A stretch of 20,000 nucleotides of DNA, taken from IMG/VR virus record IMGVR_UViG_3300035208_006940. One strand, written 5' to 3'. Shown piece by piece: positions 17,508-20,000 of this stretch. This DNA comes from an uncultured virus (IMG/VR IMGVR_UViG_3300035208_006940). Lineage: Duplodnaviria; Heunggongvirae; Uroviricota; Caudoviricetes. Position numbers and translations under genes: made by a program. The stretch's first letter is position 1. Each line of letters starts with the position of its first letter. The notes below the pieces were generated by a model. It saw only the letters and a program-made list of their open reading frames with translations, did no database searches and had not been told where the DNA came from.

Positions 17508-17586
17508 CAAGCCCATGGCGTAGCAACTGGGGTACTTCGTCCTTCGGAGTCGATTCGTTCCCCGATCGCGATTGTTCCTGGGTTTG
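17508..17586 (+). ncRNA. Y RNA-like unit 3 (minimal, cUUCGg hairpin, no tRNA module)
   Basis: Closing stem CAAGCCCA/TGGGTTTG; TGGCG, TACTTCG, GTTCC; TCC-TTCG-GA tetraloop hairpin. Confidence 0.7.
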
Positions 17587-17591
17587 CAATA

Positions 17592-17739
17592 CAACTGCAT
17601 GGCGAAGAAGGAGCATACTTCGCAATGGGTGCCCGAGGCCGTTGGTTCAAATCCAACCTCCCCGACTTTTTTCTCCGGGGAGTAGCTCAGTCTGGCTAGA
17701 GCGCGGTAACAGTGGCCCCTTCGCAGGTTCCTGCAGTTG
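17592..17739 (+). ncRNA. Y RNA-like unit 4 (YrlA-type, permuted tRNA mimic)
   Basis: Closing stem CAACTGCA/TGCAGTTG; GGCGAAG matches the bacterial Y RNA GNCGAAN(0-1)G motif; T arm GTTGG-TTCAAAT-CCAAC, acceptor CTCCCCG/CGGGGAG, D arm GCTC-AGTCTGGCTA-GAGC. Confidence 0.85.
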
Positions 17740-17745
17740 ACAACA

Positions 17746-17843
17746 CAAGATCCGTGGCGTACGATTTCAGCGGTTACTTCGCAACCCTATCAGTCGCGTT
17801 TGCCCGTAAGGGCTAGCCGCAGTCGGTTTGTTCCCGGAGCTTG
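17746..17843 (+). ncRNA. Y RNA-like unit 5 (GNRA hairpin, no tRNA module)
   Basis: Closing stem CAAGATCCG/CGGAGCTTG (one mismatch); TGGCG, TACTTCG, GTTCC; inner stem GCGGTTA/TAGCCGC; GCCC-GTAA-GGGC hairpin. Confidence 0.7.
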
Positions 17844-18368
17844 CTTGTGGTTGATAGCACATCACAGCTGGCAACTCGCTTCGCTAGCAGGTATCGCATT
17901 GACTTGCAGACAGGCTGCTGGATCTGGAAAGGGAAGCGGGCAGGCAATGGATACGGAGAACTGCGGGAGGGCGGCCGCGGTACAAAACGTCATCTTGCCC
18001 ATCGTGTCTCTTGGCAGATTCATCGAGGTGCTATCTCGAAAGGCGTTCTGGTTTTGCACACCTGCGATAATCCGCCTTGCGTGAATCCTAATCACCTGTT
18101 CTTGGGTACGGTCGGCGACAACAGCCAGGACGCGATGAAAAAAGGACGATTAAGAGGATTGTTCGGCGTCGGTCCCGGTCGGAAGAGCCAGCCGTTGGTC
18201 ACGCGAGTGCCTCGGGGTGAGGCGCACTATAAGGCAAAATTGACGGAGGAACAGGTCAGAGAAATCCGCAGTGATTCGCGAACAGGTCGCCAAATCGCGG
18301 CAGATTACGGTATCAGCGATGTGTTGGTATCCCAGATCAAGAAACGCAAGGTGTGGAAGCACATTTAG
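17841..18368 (+). CDS. HNH homing endonuclease (HNH_3 type) with C-terminal HTH; start uncertain (TTG 17841 or GTG 17847)
   Basis: GCWIWKG..GYG..AHRVSW..VLHTCDNPPCVNPNHLFLGT..DN..D..KGR, then RGEAHYKAKLTEEQVREIR and an HTH. Confidence 0.9.
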   Translation: MLVVDSTSQLATRFASRYRIDLQTGCWIWKGKRAGNGYGELREGGRGTKRHLAHRVSWQIHRGAISKGVLVLHTCDNPPCVNPNHLFLGTVGDNSQDAMKKGRLRGLFGVGPGRKSQPLVTRVPRGEAHYKAKLTEEQVREIRSDSRTGRQIAADYGISDVLVSQIKKRKVWKHI

Positions 18369-18379
18369 GGAGGACTTTG

Positions 18380-19819
18380 ATGGCGCGCACGAATGTGAAG
18401 ACGACCAAGTCCCATGTTTACGAGGAAACGCGGCTGGCGGGCGGCTATGGCCCGCGTGCTGCCAAGCAGCCCGCCGAGCAACAGCTCCGTCGCGCAGTGA
18501 TGGCCTGCCTGTTGTGGGAGGACATCGCCTACGCCGACGGGGCGTCCGTGGCCGCCACGATCAAGCGGCTGGTGCCCGAGGTGGACCCGCTCGCCGTGAT
18601 GAAGATTGCGGTGGCAGCCCGGTGCGATCAGAAGCTGCGGCACGTGCCGCTGCTCATCTGCCGCGAGATGGCCCGGCTGGAAACGCACAAGTCGCTGGTG
18701 GCCGAGACGTTGGCCCAGGTCATTCGTCGGCCGGACGAGCTGTGTGAGTTCGTGAGCCTGTACTGGCAGGACAACGGGGGCAAGAAGGCTCTCTCGTCCC
18801 AGGTCAAGAAGGGCCTGGCCCGGGCGTTCCTGCGATTCGACGAGTACCAGTTGGGCAAGTGGAACCAGCAGGATCGCGAGATCAAGCTGCGCGATGTGTT
18901 GTTCCTCTGCCATGCGAAGCCCACCGGCCAGTTCCACACGGACCTGTGGAAGAAGCTGGTCGACGGCAAGCTGGCCGTCCCCGATACGTGGGAAGTTGGT
19001 CTGTCGGCTGCCAAGAGCGTGGCCGACAAGTGCGAGGTGTGGACGCGGCTGGTGGAGTCCGGCAAGCTTCCGGCGTTCGCTTTGATGAAGAACCTGCGGA
19101 ACATGCAGCAGGCGGCCGTGCCGCGCGCCACGATGCTCAAGGCGTTCAACGACTGTCGCCCGGACATGCTGCTGCCTATCGACTTCCTCAAGGCGGCCAA
19201 GTATGCTCCCGACTGGCAACGGGAGATCGAGAACGTGATGTATCGCTGCGCAGCCCAGTGGCCCAAGCTGCCTGGTTGGTCGATCTTCGTGGTCGACGTG
19301 TCAGGCTCCATGTCCAAGCCGTTGTCCAGCCGCAGTGAGTTCTCGCGGATGGAGGCGGCCACGGCCATGACGGTGCTGGCGGCCGAGATGTGCGAACAGG
19401 TCTCGATCTATGCCACGGCCGGGGATGACCCTTCGCGAAAGCACAAGACGGTCAAGGTCCCGGCGTACCGGGGCTTCGCCTTGTCCGAGCACATCAACAA
19501 TTTCGACTACCGCAAGCGCGGAACGCTGGGCGGCGGTGGGATCTTCACGCGACAGTGCTTGGAGTTCATCCGCAGCCAGGAGCACGAACAGCCCGACCGG
19601 ATCATCATCTTCAGCGACAGTGCTGACTGCGATTTCCCGGGCTCGGGCCAGCCCAAGCCGTTTGGCCAGCACAACTACATCGTGGACGTCTCGTGCGAAC
19701 AGCACGGAATCGCCTATGATGGGCTGTGGACGGCCGAGATCTCCGGGTGGTCCGAGCACTTCCTGCGATTCATTGCGCAGCTGGAAGGGCAGCAGGACCG
19801 CAACGAGAGCAACGAGTAA
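18380..19819 (+). CDS. rsr: Ro60-related TROVE domain RNA-binding protein with C-terminal VWA domain
   Basis: GGGAGG RBS; QLRRAVMACLLWED, KLRHVP, RPDEL, KKGLARAF.RFDEYQLGKW, KLRDVLFLCHAKP, PDTWEV.LS, ALMKNLRNM; VWA MIDAS VVDVSGSM. Confidence 0.93.
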   Translation: MARTNVKTTKSHVYEETRLAGGYGPRAAKQPAEQQLRRAVMACLLWEDIAYADGASVAATIKRLVPEVDPLAVMKIAVAARCDQKLRHVPLLICREMARLETHKSLVAETLAQVIRRPDELCEFVSLYWQDNGGKKALSSQVKKGLARAFLRFDEYQLGKWNQQDREIKLRDVLFLCHAKPTGQFHTDLWKKLVDGKLAVPDTWEVGLSAAKSVADKCEVWTRLVESGKLPAFALMKNLRNMQQAAVPRATMLKAFNDCRPDMLLPIDFLKAAKYAPDWQREIENVMYRCAAQWPKLPGWSIFVVDVSGSMSKPLSSRSEFSRMEAATAMTVLAAEMCEQVSIYATAGDDPSRKHKTVKVPAYRGFALSEHINNFDYRKRGTLGGGGIFTRQCLEFIRSQEHEQPDRIIIFSDSADCDFPGSGQPKPFGQHNYIVDVSCEQHGIAYDGLWTAEISGWSEHFLRFIAQLEGQQDRNESNE

Positions 19820-19842
19820 CCGCGTAGCCAAACGTGGACCGG

Positions 19843-19883
19843 GGCTCGGTGGATGAACGTCGTCCACCGAGCCACTTTCGTTT
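19843..19883 (+). terminator. putative intrinsic terminator / stabilising hairpin after the Ro60 gene
   Basis: 14-bp stem GGCTCGGTGGATGA/TCGTCCACCGAGCC followed by ACTTTCGTTT (interrupted U tract). Confidence 0.55.
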
Positions 19884-19900
19884 CCAAGGCAGGAGGCTGT

Positions 19901-20000
19901 ATGCGTTTCATCGGTGTGCACTCAATCCACAACAGCGGCGTGTGTTGCTTCAACGAAGACGGCGAGCTGACGTACTACTTGGAGCGTGAAAGAACGACTC
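19901..20000 (+). CDS. carbamoyltransferase (NodU/CmcH/TobZ family) N-terminus, 3'-truncated
   Basis: AGGAGG RBS; MRFIGVHSIHNSGVCCFNEDGELTYYLERERTT matches the family start (.GI...HD.......DG......EEER..R). Only 33 codons are visible. Confidence 0.65.
   Translation, partial: MRFIGVHSIHNSGVCCFNEDGELTYYLERERTT

Noticed and set aside
17127..17699. ORFs 17127-17390 and 17394-17699 over the RNA array
   Set aside because: They have TTG/GTG-type starts without RBS and no codon bias, and the sequence is fully explained by RNA structure.
17386..17710. Canonical tRNA genes
   Set aside because: The T arm precedes the D arm within each unit and there is no intact anticodon loop or CCA end. Joining the unit 2 D arm to the unit 4 T arm would need a ~160-nt insert and ignores the per-unit closing stems.
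17220..17843. CRISPR array
   Set aside because: There are no identical direct repeats of 23-50 nt. Conservation is structural plus short motifs, unit lengths vary from 79 to 148 nt, and no cas genes are in the window.
481..19953. Long minus-strand ORFs (e.g. 1071-1934, 3848-4747, 6185-6985, 15853-16785, 18365-19219)
   Set aside because: They are antisense shadows of GC3-biased plus-strand genes, with no recognisable motifs or RBS.
1..20000. Stop-codon reassignment (alternative genetic code)
   Set aside because: TAG, TGA and TAA all terminate recognisable full-length genes directly before the next RBS or start, and coding density is high under code 11.

Overview
Gene-dense, GC-rich window with essentially all credible genes on the + strand, tightly packed or overlapping and mostly hypothetical. 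This organisation is typical of a large dsDNA phage or similar mobile element (inference; no structural genes are visible). Recognisable products include an ATP-dependent DNA ligase, two free-standing HNH endonucleases, a nucleoside-deoxyribosyltransferase-like/HNH fusion, two Nudix proteins, a DEDDh exonuclease, a RuvC-like resolvase, a YkgJ-like Cys-cluster protein, a VWA protein, a Ro60/TROVE protein and the start of a carbamoyltransferase. The main finding is a non-coding tandem array of five Y RNA-like units (17220-17843) upstream of the Ro60 gene. Each unit has its own closing stem and the shared motifs TGGCG, TACTTCG and GTTCC, but a different internal module. Units 1, 2 and 4 carry circularly permuted tRNA-like domains; in units 2 and 4 the positions corresponding to anticodon and discriminator match tRNA-Asn and tRNA-Pro. 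Units 3 and 5 carry small tetraloop hairpins. Two further structured intergenic RNA candidates, a repeated gene-junction motif and three single-base homopolymer frameshifts were also noted.
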